From the NCBI GenBank assembly GCA_963827165.1, contig CAWGZR010000010.1, forward strand, positions 288,001 to 352,000: DNA of 64,000 nt. Reading direction: 5' to 3'. The position numbers and the translations under genes are program-made. The notes under the pieces are model-generated. The model ran no database searches. It worked only from the letters and a program-made list of their open reading frames with translations, and was not told the DNA's origin. Of the stretch, positions 19,767 to 29,300 are shown piece by piece (position 1 is the stretch's first letter; each line of letters begins with the position of its first letter). This DNA comes from Candidatus Bathyarchaeota archaeon (GTDB taxonomy: Archaea; Thermoproteota; Bathyarchaeia; Bathyarchaeales; Bathycorpusculaceae).

Positions 19767-20609
19767 TTGTTTATGAGTCAGAAAGATTTTGCTTTTGATT
19801 TTATAAAAATTGATTTGCCCCCTGCAAGGCCAAGAAACGCGGGGATAATTGAGTTCAGAGGACCATACTACAACTCTGTGAGTTACGGTTTTTTGAAGGA
19901 TTTGCTTGATGACTGGGCTTTCTACGTGGACGGGTTCAAGTTTGCGGGCGGCTCAATGCGGCTGCTTCCAAGGGCAAGGGTGCGCCAAATAATAGCGGCA
20001 TGCCACGACTACCGGCTTTACGTGTCTACAGGCGGCTTTGTTGAAAGAGTAATTGTTCAGGGACACGAAGCCGTCGACAGTTATTTGGATGAATGCAAGC
20101 AGCTGGGGTTTGACGTTGTCGAGGTGTCGAGCGGGCTTGCACCTATCCCGTTGGAGGATAAACTTGCGATCATGCGCCAGGTGCAAAAAAGGGGCATGAA
20201 ACCCAAACCCGAAGTTACAATGATGGTTGGAGCAGGCGCAGGCACCCATGTCGCCGGATACGAAGCGGATATGAAGCTTCGAAGCTTCGACGAGTTCTCT
20301 GAAGAAGTGTCAACCCATCTCAAGGCAGGCGCAGAGATGATAATGATTGAATCCGAAGGATTGACTGAGGATTTGCCGCCTGAAGAGTGGAAAACCGACG
20401 TCATCAAAAAAATCATCGACAAGTTCGGGCTGAAAAACCTGATGTTCGAAGCAGCAGACCCCCCAGTTTTCAAGTGGTATCTCAAAAACTTCGGAAAAGA
20501 AGTCAATTTATTTATCGATTACTCGCAAATCGTCGAGTTTACCGCTTGGAAAACCAAGCTTTGGGGTGACCCTGAAATCTGGCGAGGGAAAGACGTAAAG
20601 TACCGGTAA
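19767..20609 (+). CDS. ComA/HSA32-family (phosphosulfolactate synthase-like) protein
   Basis: EFRGPYY, VDGFKFAGGS, STGGFVE, IMIESEG, LMFEAADP, VNLFID. Confidence 0.88.
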   Translation: MFMSQKDFAFDFIKIDLPPARPRNAGIIEFRGPYYNSVSYGFLKDLLDDWAFYVDGFKFAGGSMRLLPRARVRQIIAACHDYRLYVSTGGFVERVIVQGHEAVDSYLDECKQLGFDVVEVSSGLAPIPLEDKLAIMRQVQKRGMKPKPEVTMMVGAGAGTHVAGYEADMKLRSFDEFSEEVSTHLKAGAEMIMIESEGLTEDLPPEEWKTDVIKKIIDKFGLKNLMFEAADPPVFKWYLKNFGKEVNLFIDYSQIVEFTAWKTKLWGDPEIWRGKDVKYR

Positions 20610-20691
20610 AAACAAAAATGATTTAAGAAGAAATCAAAAAACTTCGGCTTCTCCGATATCGAGCATTATTTTTTGGTTTGATTTTTTCTAT

Positions 20692-21519
20692 TTAGCTTGG
20701 GCTTTTGCTCACTTCTATGTTGGTCTGTGCGCCTGTGATTGATGTTTTCTGGGTATCGGTGGCTGTGATTGTTTGGAAACCTGGTGAACTTAAAATAACA
20801 CTTGTGAAGGTGTGAGTTCCTTTGTCGGTTGCTTGGAACGTGTAATCCTTAGGCAACTGGGCTTGATTGTCAGTAGAAGTTATTTTGACCGTGCCGGCAT
20901 AGGAAGTTACTGGCTTTCCATTTGCATTTTTCGCTGCAACCGTAAATGAGCCAGCGGTGCCTGGGGATGTTAGGTTCGGGAAGCCTGAAACGTAGAGGTT
21001 TGTGGCCGTTGAGGTCGTTACTGCGGAGCTGGTAGATGAAGTTGAGAATAGGGTTGACGCTAATTCATCTAGTTTTTCGTTGAATTTTTTGGCTGAGAAT
21101 CCCGCAAGGAATCCTATTGCGCAGTAGAGGAGCACCCCTTTTGTGTAATCGACTTGAGAAACTGAACCCAACGTCAAGAGTCCGCCTACGACTAAGAAGT
21201 AAGCAAGGATGCCTAGTACAAATCCGGTGACGGGGTGATAGAGGTACCACCATCGCCATTTAGGGTCAAAATCGTCTTCACTGGTGTGGTATATGAATCC
21301 CCGTATGCCGTAGAAAACTCCGCCTAATCCACCAGCGACTCCGACATACAAGACCGTTTTTAACAAAACGTCGTTTATGTGCTCAAAATAAGTTGCAGCG
21401 GCGATAGCTATCAGCACAAATAGGGCAGCTAAAAGATAAAATCCGACTATATTTTTTGCTCTTTGAACTTCTTCGTTCTTATCCGCGTCGGTTTGAGGCT
21501 TTGTAGGTTTTTCAGTCAT
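20692..21519 (-). CDS. Four-TM membrane protein with C-terminal Ig-like domain
   Basis: Hydrophobic helices with GGLGG and GFLAGF motifs, Ser/Thr linker, beta-rich YAGTVKITSTD..LPKDYTF..GTHTF domain. Confidence 0.75.
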   Translation of the reverse strand: MTEKPTKPQTDADKNEEVQRAKNIVGFYLLAALFVLIAIAAATYFEHINDVLLKTVLYVGVAGGLGGVFYGIRGFIYHTSEDDFDPKWRWWYLYHPVTGFVLGILAYFLVVGGLLTLGSVSQVDYTKGVLLYCAIGFLAGFSAKKFNEKLDELASTLFSTSSTSSAVTTSTATNLYVSGFPNLTSPGTAGSFTVAAKNANGKPVTSYAGTVKITSTDNQAQLPKDYTFQATDKGTHTFTSVILSSPGFQTITATDTQKTSITGAQTNIEVSKSPS

Positions 21520-21722
21520 TTCATTTCACCTTCCCTGTCTGTTACGCGAAGATGGGTTGATGCTGCTTATTGCGGGGCATATACCAAGTTTGAAAACAAT
21601 GAGAGCCAAATCCATTAGAAATTGAGTTAAGCGTACCAGGCAAGGGTTTGGTCGATAATCTAGTCAACTCTAAACACTCTATTAAAATTTCTGTATCAGA
21701 ATTCTCGCGACACAACAGTTAA

Positions 21723-23096
21723 CTAGTCAGCAAGATTCAGGTTTTCCGTCAACATCCGAACCTCAATATTTTCCAAATGGATCACCGCATTCATAATTTT
21801 CTTTTTCCTATCCTCATCAATGAACCCAGAAACCAGCGACGAAAACTTTTCCATCGCACTTCCCATGCTCATCGGCCGGGTTAAGAATCCTTCATAGTCA
21901 TCAACAGTTTTTGTAACGGTTTTCCCGTTCCTCAAGTGAATCGTTATTTCGCATGGCACGGCGTTTGGAAATCTGCCACTCAACTCAGCTGAAGGGGTTA
22001 CCTTAACCCTTTTTAGAAGAGCCTGCACGTCGCCTGCCGCTATTCTTCGGGGCAGGTACTGTTCCGGGGTGACTTTGCCATCTATTAAGGCGGCTGAAAG
22101 GATGTATGGGAGACTGTGGTCGGCGTCTTCTTTGGTTTTGACATGTTTCTTTTCGCCTTCTTCTCCACCGCCTATTATGTTGTATGCAACGTCAAAAATT
22201 TTCACGCAAATTGAATCCACATTTTCTGCCCTGACCCCCTCCGACTCCGTCTGCCTCAGTAGCAGCATGCAGTCTATTGCTGATTGGGAATGAATCTCAG
22301 CGTTGTACTTTTTGAGTATCGTGCGGTTTACTATCTCAAGGTTCTCTTTTTGCCAGTTGATTTCGAAGTGTCCAGCAATCGAGTCCATGAACCCTTTGTT
22401 GCCTTCGAAAACTTCCAGCGGACCAGTAATTCCCTCTTTAGCCAGAAAAGCAGCGTGCAAAGCACAGGAAGACATGAACGGGTATGCGAGGCCTTTCCAG
22501 TTGGAGAGTTTCCCGGTTCGTGTTACCCGAAGGGCGTTGAGTGATGTGCCGCTGATAGCGACGGCGTTGGCTGTTCGGGCAGCATCGAGTCCCAGCGCTT
22601 TGGACACGCCAGCCGCTACGGCGTAGGTCCCTTGGGTTACATGGTCAAAACCACGGTCTCTCACGGGCGCCACCTCGCTTAAACGGCACTGAACCTGATA
22701 TGCCACAGCCAAAGCAACCAGAAAATCCTTCCCTGACAAATCACCGTACTCTGAAGCTGCAAGCACAGAAGCAAGGTTATCGCTTGGGTGGCATGTTTCG
22801 CCTTTGGATAGGAAACTATCGTTAAAATCCAGGTACCTGACAAGGGCACCGTTGATGAATGCGGCTCGATCGGGCGCGGTTTTACCCCCGCCTATCAAAG
22901 TGCAGAGGGATGACCCGCCGAATTCACTTTCAACTTTACGAATTGACTTCACGGGCGGACTGTCTAATGCTCCTATTGCGCAGCCTAACGCGTCAAGAAC
23001 CCTAATTTTTAACTGCTCAACAGCTTGGTTTGACAAGTCTCTAAAGGCGGTTGCATGAACGAAGTCTGCAAGCTCCTCAACACAAGTCATCAACAA
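21723..23096 (-). CDS. MmgE/PrpD family dehydratase (2-methylcitrate dehydratase-like)
   Basis: RYLDFND, CHPSDN, SNWKG, ADHSLPY. Confidence 0.93.
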   Translation of the reverse strand: MLMTCVEELADFVHATAFRDLSNQAVEQLKIRVLDALGCAIGALDSPPVKSIRKVESEFGGSSLCTLIGGGKTAPDRAAFINGALVRYLDFNDSFLSKGETCHPSDNLASVLAASEYGDLSGKDFLVALAVAYQVQCRLSEVAPVRDRGFDHVTQGTYAVAAGVSKALGLDAARTANAVAISGTSLNALRVTRTGKLSNWKGLAYPFMSSCALHAAFLAKEGITGPLEVFEGNKGFMDSIAGHFEINWQKENLEIVNRTILKKYNAEIHSQSAIDCMLLLRQTESEGVRAENVDSICVKIFDVAYNIIGGGEEGEKKHVKTKEDADHSLPYILSAALIDGKVTPEQYLPRRIAAGDVQALLKRVKVTPSAELSGRFPNAVPCEITIHLRNGKTVTKTVDDYEGFLTRPMSMGSAMEKFSSLVSGFIDEDRKKKIMNAVIHLENIEVRMLTENLNLAD

Positions 23097-23209
23097 CGAA
23101 TCTCCCTGTACCCGTCAAATAGGTTAAGCCCCATGAAGCAATAAGACTTGCCCTCCAAGGCATGTTGCGTGAGCTGAAAAATTCTTATTCCGCTTCTACA
23201 ACCTAACTA

Positions 23210-24373
23210 GTGATTGCCTTGAATTTAATTGAGAACGAAGCTAAGCAGGTGTTCTTCAAGTATGGTATTCCGATTCCAAAAGGAACACTAATCGCCAACC
23301 CAAAGCAAATAGCAGCTGCAACACAAAACATGAAGCCGCCCTACATGGTTAAAGCCCAAATTTCCTCGGGTGGAAGGGGAAAAGCTGGAGGAATCATACC
23401 TGTTACATCTGCAGGTGAAGCGGAAGAAGCCGCAAAGAAACTTTTTGGGACACAGATAAAAAATCTGCCAGTTAAGCAGGTGCTAGTCGAGGAAAAACTT
23501 TCGGTAAAAAAAGAATTGTACTTGGGAATAACGGTTGACCGATCTAACCGCGGCTACTTTGCTTTGGCTTCCGCGGTTGGCGGGGTGGAAATCGAAGAAG
23601 TAGCCGAAAAAACACCCGGCGCAATTTTCAGAAGCAAAGTTGATTCCCAGTTGGGCATGCGCTCTTTTCATGCATTAATCATTGCGAAGTATCTTGGCTA
23701 TGGCGGCAGCCAACTTCTGGAGGTGTCGGCTATCATCCAAAAGCTTTATCGGGCATGTGTCGAAAGTGACGCTGAAATAGCAGAGATTAATCCTTTGGTG
23801 GAAACGGAGACGGGAAATTTTGTGGCGGCTGACGCCCGCATGGTAATAGACGATAATGCGTTGTTTAGGCATCCTGAATTTGCTGCGGAGAGCGCTCGGA
23901 CGCTTTCAGCTCAAGAGGTTTTGGCTCAAAAAAACAATTTGGCTTACGTTAAGCTTGACGGCAATATAGGTGTAGTAGGCAATGGCGCGGGGTTGGTTAT
24001 GGCGACGCTTGATTTGTTGACGTTTTTTGGAGGCAAACCTGCCAATTTCCTGGATGTTGGCGGCGGGGCAAACATGGAAGCAATCAAATCGGCTTTGGAA
24101 ATCGTCCTCACCGACCTACAGACTAAAGCTGTTTTGGTCAACGTTCTTGGCGGCATAACGCGCTGCGACGAGGTTGCAAGGGGCATTGTGGAAGCTGTCA
24201 AAGATGTCGGGGCAGGGAAGCCTTTGGCTGTTAGGCTTGTTGGCACAAACCAGCGGGAAGGACAAAAAATCCTCGCTGATGCGGGAATAAGCGTTTTGGA
24301 TAGTATGGAGGAAGCGGCAAAACAGGCGGTTAAGTTTGCGGCGGAGGGAAGTGGGAATGGGAATTTTGGTTGA
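23210..24373 (+). CDS. sucC: Succinyl-CoA synthetase beta subunit
   Basis: KAQ..GGRGKAGGI, EINPL, GNGAGLVMATLD, PANFLDVGGG, GGITRCD. Confidence 0.94.
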   Translation: MIALNLIENEAKQVFFKYGIPIPKGTLIANPKQIAAATQNMKPPYMVKAQISSGGRGKAGGIIPVTSAGEAEEAAKKLFGTQIKNLPVKQVLVEEKLSVKKELYLGITVDRSNRGYFALASAVGGVEIEEVAEKTPGAIFRSKVDSQLGMRSFHALIIAKYLGYGGSQLLEVSAIIQKLYRACVESDAEIAEINPLVETETGNFVAADARMVIDDNALFRHPEFAAESARTLSAQEVLAQKNNLAYVKLDGNIGVVGNGAGLVMATLDLLTFFGGKPANFLDVGGGANMEAIKSALEIVLTDLQTKAVLVNVLGGITRCDEVARGIVEAVKDVGAGKPLAVRLVGTNQREGQKILADAGISVLDSMEEAAKQAVKFAAEGSGNGNFG

Positions 24374-25226
24374 TTCGGGCACTAAAGCGATTGTTCAAGG
24401 GATCACTGGTAAGCAGGGCAGCTACCAGACCAAACTTATGGTTGATTACGGAACAAAAATTGTGGCGGGAGTCGTTCCTGGCAAGGGCGGATCGACCGTC
24501 AACGGCATGCCAGTTTTCGACACTGTACGCGAAACTGTGGACACTTATTCGCCAGATGCCTCAATAATTTTTGTGCCGGCGCCAATTGCGCAAGACGCGG
24601 TTTTAGAAGCTATTGCCAACGAAATCAAAACAGTCGTTATAATCACCGAACATATACCGATAAGAGATGTCGTAAACTTCATGGGTTATGCGGCGCAGAT
24701 GCGAGTTTCCATCATCGGTCCAAATACGCCTGGAATTATTACGCCCGGAGAATGTAAACTTGGAATAATGCCAGCTGAAGTTTTTACGCCGGGTAGCGTT
24801 GGATTGGCATCAAGAAGCGGAACACTCACCTATGAAATAGCTGCTGGACTGACGGCTAAAGGTTTGGGGCAGTCGACCTGCTTGGGCGTCGGCGGCGACC
24901 CCGTTGTAGGCTTAAACTTTATCGAAGCGTTGGAGCTCTTCAAGTCTGATTCACAGACAAAAGCGGTGGTTTTGATAGGTGAAATCGGCGGCAATATGGA
25001 AGAGCAAACGGCACAGTATATAACTCAAACACATTATCCTAAGCCGGTCGTCGCATATGTGGCAGGACGTTATGTACCTGAAGGTAAAAGGATGGGGCAC
25101 GCAGGTGCCATAATAACGGGTAAGCAAGGAACTGCTCAAAGCAAGATTGATGCGTTTTCAAAAGCCGGCGTCAGGGTTGCTGAGAAGCCAAGCGATGTTT
25201 CTGCTTTATTGGCTGATTTAACCTGA
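24357..25226 (+). CDS. sucD: Succinyl-CoA synthetase alpha subunit
   Basis: VQGITG, IGPNTPG, SRSGTLTYE, GEIGG, RMGHAGA (phospho-His). Confidence 0.95.
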   Translation: MGILVDSGTKAIVQGITGKQGSYQTKLMVDYGTKIVAGVVPGKGGSTVNGMPVFDTVRETVDTYSPDASIIFVPAPIAQDAVLEAIANEIKTVVIITEHIPIRDVVNFMGYAAQMRVSIIGPNTPGIITPGECKLGIMPAEVFTPGSVGLASRSGTLTYEIAAGLTAKGLGQSTCLGVGGDPVVGLNFIEALELFKSDSQTKAVVLIGEIGGNMEEQTAQYITQTHYPKPVVAYVAGRYVPEGKRMGHAGAIITGKQGTAQSKIDAFSKAGVRVAEKPSDVSALLADLT

Positions 25227-25365
25227 GCGCCAACTGGCAAGTTGTCAATATCTGTTCAGTTGAGTTCAAGCGCCAATTCGGATTCCAAAAGATTTATCTT
25301 TAAACCTAAACAGACTATTAGTTAATTGCCAAGTCCTGAGCAGTTTTTTGCGCGAGCCGTTTTAT

Positions 25366-26325
25366 ATGAGCCAAAATAACACTAGAAAAATCAGTCCTGA
25401 AGATCTAAAGCTGTTCGATGGGTCAAACGGGAGACCTCTTTATCTTGTTTTCAAGGGCAAAGTCTACGATTTATCGACAAGCCAACTTTGGCTTGAAGGC
25501 AAACACATGGGCATGCACACCCGAACCGACGACTTAGCCGAAGCGATAAAAACCGCGCCTCACGGCGAAGACAACGTTTTCAGATTTCCCGTTATTGGCG
25601 AATTGTTAGAACCCACCCTTCAAGCTCCTGCAGCAGCCCCGATGATGGAGAAACCCTTGGAAGCGAAGGTTCAGCCATCGCCTGTTCCAGCTCAGCCAGC
25701 GAGGATGGAGAGGCGCACTTTTCTCAAGCTGGCGGCCGCGGCGGGTGGAGCAATCACGATTGCGGCTTTGTTGTCTACCCTAAAAGCAGGAACTTTCGTT
25801 CCGCCTCCAAGCTCAACTGCAGAGTGGCCAGTCGTCACTGTCACAAACATAAGCAAACTTTCAAACCTCACACCAGTCGTCTTCTACTACCCCTTAACAA
25901 GCACCCCTAACTATCTTGTCAAATTAGGAGTTGCAGCCACGGGCGGCATTGGGCCAGAAAAGGACATTGTGGCTTTCAGCGCAATTTGCCAGCATTTAGG
26001 ATGCGAATATGGCTTCGTACCTCCGGGAGGCTCACCGCCCTGCAACGCAGCTTACAAGGCTTCAATGCCTATGGGCTACTGCTGCTGTCACGGCTCTCAA
26101 TACGATTTCATCCATGGCGCAAAAGTAATCGGCGGTCCCGCTCCCCGACCAGTGCCCATGGTTCAATTGCAGCTAAACTCATCCACGGGGGACATAAGCG
26201 CGGTTGGGATGCAGGCACCTACGATTTTTGGGCATGGCCCGCCTGGAACCACTGATCCCGCGTCGGTTATGCAGTATGATTTGCAGGGTGGAGATTTGGT
26301 GACGCAATCCACAGTTTTGGGATGA
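25366..26325 (+). CDS. Cytochrome b5-like domain + internal Tat anchor + Rieske [2Fe-2S] protein
   Basis: KGKVYD..W.EGKHMGMH..APHG (b5-like); MERRTFLK + hydrophobic helix; CQHLGC and CCCHGSQYD boxes; GPAPRP. Confidence 0.9.
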   Translation: MSQNNTRKISPEDLKLFDGSNGRPLYLVFKGKVYDLSTSQLWLEGKHMGMHTRTDDLAEAIKTAPHGEDNVFRFPVIGELLEPTLQAPAAAPMMEKPLEAKVQPSPVPAQPARMERRTFLKLAAAAGGAITIAALLSTLKAGTFVPPPSSTAEWPVVTVTNISKLSNLTPVVFYYPLTSTPNYLVKLGVAATGGIGPEKDIVAFSAICQHLGCEYGFVPPGGSPPCNAAYKASMPMGYCCCHGSQYDFIHGAKVIGGPAPRPVPMVQLQLNSSTGDISAVGMQAPTIFGHGPPGTTDPASVMQYDLQGGDLVTQSTVLG

Positions 26326-27857
26326 GAGATATGGGCGAAGAAACTGAGAAGAAGACGGCTTATGACAGGCTTGTCGACTGGTTTGACGTGAAATTCGGTT
26401 TTGCCAAGACACCGCTTAAGCCGATTCCAGATTTCACGATGAACCCGATTTACTGGCTTGGTTTACTCTTGGCGGTGACTTTCGGGTTGCAGGCCCTAAC
26501 AGGAATATTTATGCTTCTCTACTACGTCCCCACACCCGCCCAAGCATACTCTTCAACAGCATCCATCATCAGCTCTGTGCCTCTTGGCTCACTCGTCGAA
26601 ACCTTTCACCTATACACCGCCTATGCCATGATTCTTTTGACGTTTCTTCATTTAGTTCGCAACTTTTTCGGCAGCGCGCATAAAGGAAACAGGGACTTGA
26701 TGTGGCTTGTCGGAATCGTATTGGCCACGGTGGTAATCGGCTTCGGCGTGACAGGCTACCTTTTACCGTGGACAGTGATTTCCAAATCTGCAAGCGACGT
26801 CGCCATCGGATTCCTCAACTTCTTCCCCGTTGGCATAGCGAACCTTGGAAAATTCGTGGCAGTAGGCTCAGGAAGCGACGCCTCGGAATTAACGACTTTT
26901 CTACATATCCACACCGTTTTTCTTCCGTTGGCGCTGATTGCGCTTTTGGGATTGAAGATTTACATGTACGAAGTGCATGGCCCAATCTACGTGTCAGCAT
27001 ATGGGAAACCTGGAAAAGGCAAATACTATAGTTGGTTCCCAAAAATCTTCCTCTACTTCGTCATGCTTGCAGCTGCGTATGTTGCGATTTTGCTGGCGGC
27101 AGCGTCTCTTTTCCCTCTATCTTTAGCCCCCGCGTATTCAGCCGCAACCGCAGGCGCATACGTAGTGCAGCCCGATTGGTACCTGCTTTGGGTTTATCAA
27201 CTATTGAAAATCCAGCTTTTCGAAGGCTCCGCAGCAGCTTACGTGATAGCCGCGTTGATTGCTTTCGGAGTGATTCTTTTCCTCATGCCTTTTTACGATA
27301 GGAGCAAACGAAGAAACCTCAGCCAACGACCAGTTTACTCCACCATTGGTGCTGTTCTGATAATTGAGCTTATCACTTTGACTATATGGGGATACTTAAC
27401 ACCTGGGCAAATAATTCCAGACTATCAAGCACTCGCAGTTTTAGGCGGAGCAGCCGTGGTAACCATCGCCGCCGTCTGGGCGGTTTATCGGCTTAGACGA
27501 AAAACAAACATGGCAACAGTGATACCTGTGCAAACGAAAACCAACTCTTCCGCCGCCAACATATCCATAGCAAGCCAGTCCTTTGCAGTGCAAGCCTCCG
27601 ACGAGATGGCTCGGACAAAGAAGGAGCAAATCAAACGCGCCGGCGAAAGCCTGTTTAGCCCATTCACCGCTGTCTTCGCGGTTTTCTTGGCGGTTGCTTC
27701 GGTTTCTTTGGCATCAGCCGTAAACATGCTGCCCACCATTTCAGCGAATGCATCTTTTTTCACCTTAGCTTTAATGGCTTTCGCAGTTTCGTCTTTTTTC
27801 ATGATTCGAATGCTTCGAAAGTTTGTTTTAGCGTATGAAGGAGCGGTGGCCAAATGA
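26322..27857 (+). CDS. Cytochrome b of a Rieske/cytb complex (unsplit, extra C-terminal helices)
   Basis: Q..TG...YYVP, H96/H110, TGYLLPW, H197, PDWY Qo motif, PFYDRS; ATGA overlap with the Rieske gene. Confidence 0.93.
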   Translation: MRDMGEETEKKTAYDRLVDWFDVKFGFAKTPLKPIPDFTMNPIYWLGLLLAVTFGLQALTGIFMLLYYVPTPAQAYSSTASIISSVPLGSLVETFHLYTAYAMILLTFLHLVRNFFGSAHKGNRDLMWLVGIVLATVVIGFGVTGYLLPWTVISKSASDVAIGFLNFFPVGIANLGKFVAVGSGSDASELTTFLHIHTVFLPLALIALLGLKIYMYEVHGPIYVSAYGKPGKGKYYSWFPKIFLYFVMLAAAYVAILLAAASLFPLSLAPAYSAATAGAYVVQPDWYLLWVYQLLKIQLFEGSAAAYVIAALIAFGVILFLMPFYDRSKRRNLSQRPVYSTIGAVLIIELITLTIWGYLTPGQIIPDYQALAVLGGAAVVTIAAVWAVYRLRRKTNMATVIPVQTKTNSSAANISIASQSFAVQASDEMARTKKEQIKRAGESLFSPFTAVFAVFLAVASVSLASAVNMLPTISANASFFTLALMAFAVSSFFMIRMLRKFVLAYEGAVAK

Positions 27858-28510
27858 TGAAGAGCGACTTTGATTCCTTACGGGTTACTACGTATTTCCT
27901 TTTGGCTTTTCTAGTCGTGGTCGGAGTTTCTATTTGGCTTCTGAATCTGATAAGCCAGCAAAGAGTCTTCGGTTTCTTGATGAGCGCCGAATTCGTCGCG
28001 TTCGCTATGCTCGTCTACCTTTACTACATGGAGGACCCAGCAGTCGCTAAGAAACTGTTGACCTCAGGGTTTGTTGCCATAGGAATTCTTGTTATTTTAT
28101 CTGGTGCCGTATTAGCCGGAGTCGGTACCCCTGTGGCGCTGCCTAAGCCCAACGTTTCGATGACCCTCTATGCTGGGGAGGTTTCTCCTACGTTGTTTGG
28201 GTTCGGGAACAGCGCAACCGCCATAACTTCGCCGGGTCCAATCCTTAACTTCACGGTGGGCGATGTCGTGAACATGACGATTTTTAACGCGGGAACAATG
28301 CCGCATAACTGGGCGATAGTCGACTCCGACAGCACTTCAGGCAAAGTTTTGTTCGGCGCAAAAATCGACAGCGGCTTAGTTCCTATACCTGTCAATGAAA
28401 CAGCATCGGTTGCTTTCAGAGTCACCAAAGCAGGGGACTACTTCTACATTTGTCAAGTTCCAGGGCACGTCCAGCTTGGCATGTGGGGAAGCGTGGTAGT
28501 GAATCCGTGA
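27854..28510 (+). CDS. Membrane-anchored type-1 copper cupredoxin (sulfocyanin/rusticyanin-like)
   Basis: Three N-terminal TM helices; MPHNW...YICQVPGHVQLGM copper ligands. Confidence 0.88.
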   Translation: MMKSDFDSLRVTTYFLLAFLVVVGVSIWLLNLISQQRVFGFLMSAEFVAFAMLVYLYYMEDPAVAKKLLTSGFVAIGILVILSGAVLAGVGTPVALPKPNVSMTLYAGEVSPTLFGFGNSATAITSPGPILNFTVGDVVNMTIFNAGTMPHNWAIVDSDSTSGKVLFGAKIDSGLVPIPVNETASVAFRVTKAGDYFYICQVPGHVQLGMWGSVVVNP

Positions 28511-29283
28511 TACGCAAAAACGCAGAAGAACTCTTCGTTTCATTTATGTTTTTGTTTGCAAGTTTACTCACGGGTCTAATGAGCTTCTTGGCATTTGGCT
28601 TTGTAATTGCAAAGCAAAAAGCCGAAAGAAAAAGGGAACCCCAAAAAGCTGTTGGTTTTCTTGCAGACAAGAATAGAGCGCTGAATTTTTACAGAATATT
28701 TTCTGTAGCCTACGACACTTTGAATCCGTCCCTGTACACCGTTGCCATGCGAAGCGAAATGGTAAATCAAATCGGAAACGGCGCGAACCTGCGAGTGCTT
28801 GACGTTGGATGCGGAACAGGCTACACGACCTCAGGAGTTTTGAGGCGAGGAGACATTGCGGAAGTGGTTGGGTTGGATATGAACCCTGTGCAGCTTAAAA
28901 GAGCCGTCAAGAACCTGCGCTTCGAAATGGACAGGGCTTCGATTTCAAGAGGCGACGCGGACAACCTGCCGTTTGAAGACGGCACTTTTGACGCCGTAAT
29001 TTCGGTCGGCGCCATCGAGTATTTTCCTGACCCCGAAAGAACAATAAAGGAGCTTTCAAGAGTCGCAAAGCCCGGTGGAACCGTTATTGTTGGTGGTCCC
29101 GAAGCAGGATGGTTCAGCAAGCTTGCGTTAAACAAGGTTTTTTATACGCCTTCTGCACAAGAAATGGAGACTTTTTTTCGCAAAGCTGACCTCGCCAATG
29201 TGAAATCGCGCTTGACAGGGATGAAAACTTTTTTCGCAACAAACAGATATGTTGTTTTTGCCGTTGGAAAGAAACCAGCATAG
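28507..29283 (+). CDS. UbiE/MenG-like SAM methyltransferase (start uncertain: GTG 28507 or ATG 28546)
   Basis: VLDVGCGTG, GDADNLPF, GAIEYFPDP, RVAKPGG; FYRIFSVAYD resembles the VTE3/haloarchaeal MenG type; N-terminal TM helix. Confidence 0.8.
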   Translation: MIRKNAEELFVSFMFLFASLLTGLMSFLAFGFVIAKQKAERKREPQKAVGFLADKNRALNFYRIFSVAYDTLNPSLYTVAMRSEMVNQIGNGANLRVLDVGCGTGYTTSGVLRRGDIAEVVGLDMNPVQLKRAVKNLRFEMDRASISRGDADNLPFEDGTFDAVISVGAIEYFPDPERTIKELSRVAKPGGTVIVGGPEAGWFSKLALNKVFYTPSAQEMETFFRKADLANVKSRLTGMKTFFATNRYVVFAVGKKPA

Positions 29284-29300
29284 ACACAAAAAAAATTGGT

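Noticed and set aside
19767-20609. Coenzyme M biosynthesis or methanogenesis inferred from comA
   Set aside because: No comBCDE or mcr in the window, and the family is widespread outside CoM producers
25366-26325. Arsenite oxidase small subunit (AioB)
   Set aside because: No molybdopterin large subunit; the gene is coupled to cytochrome b
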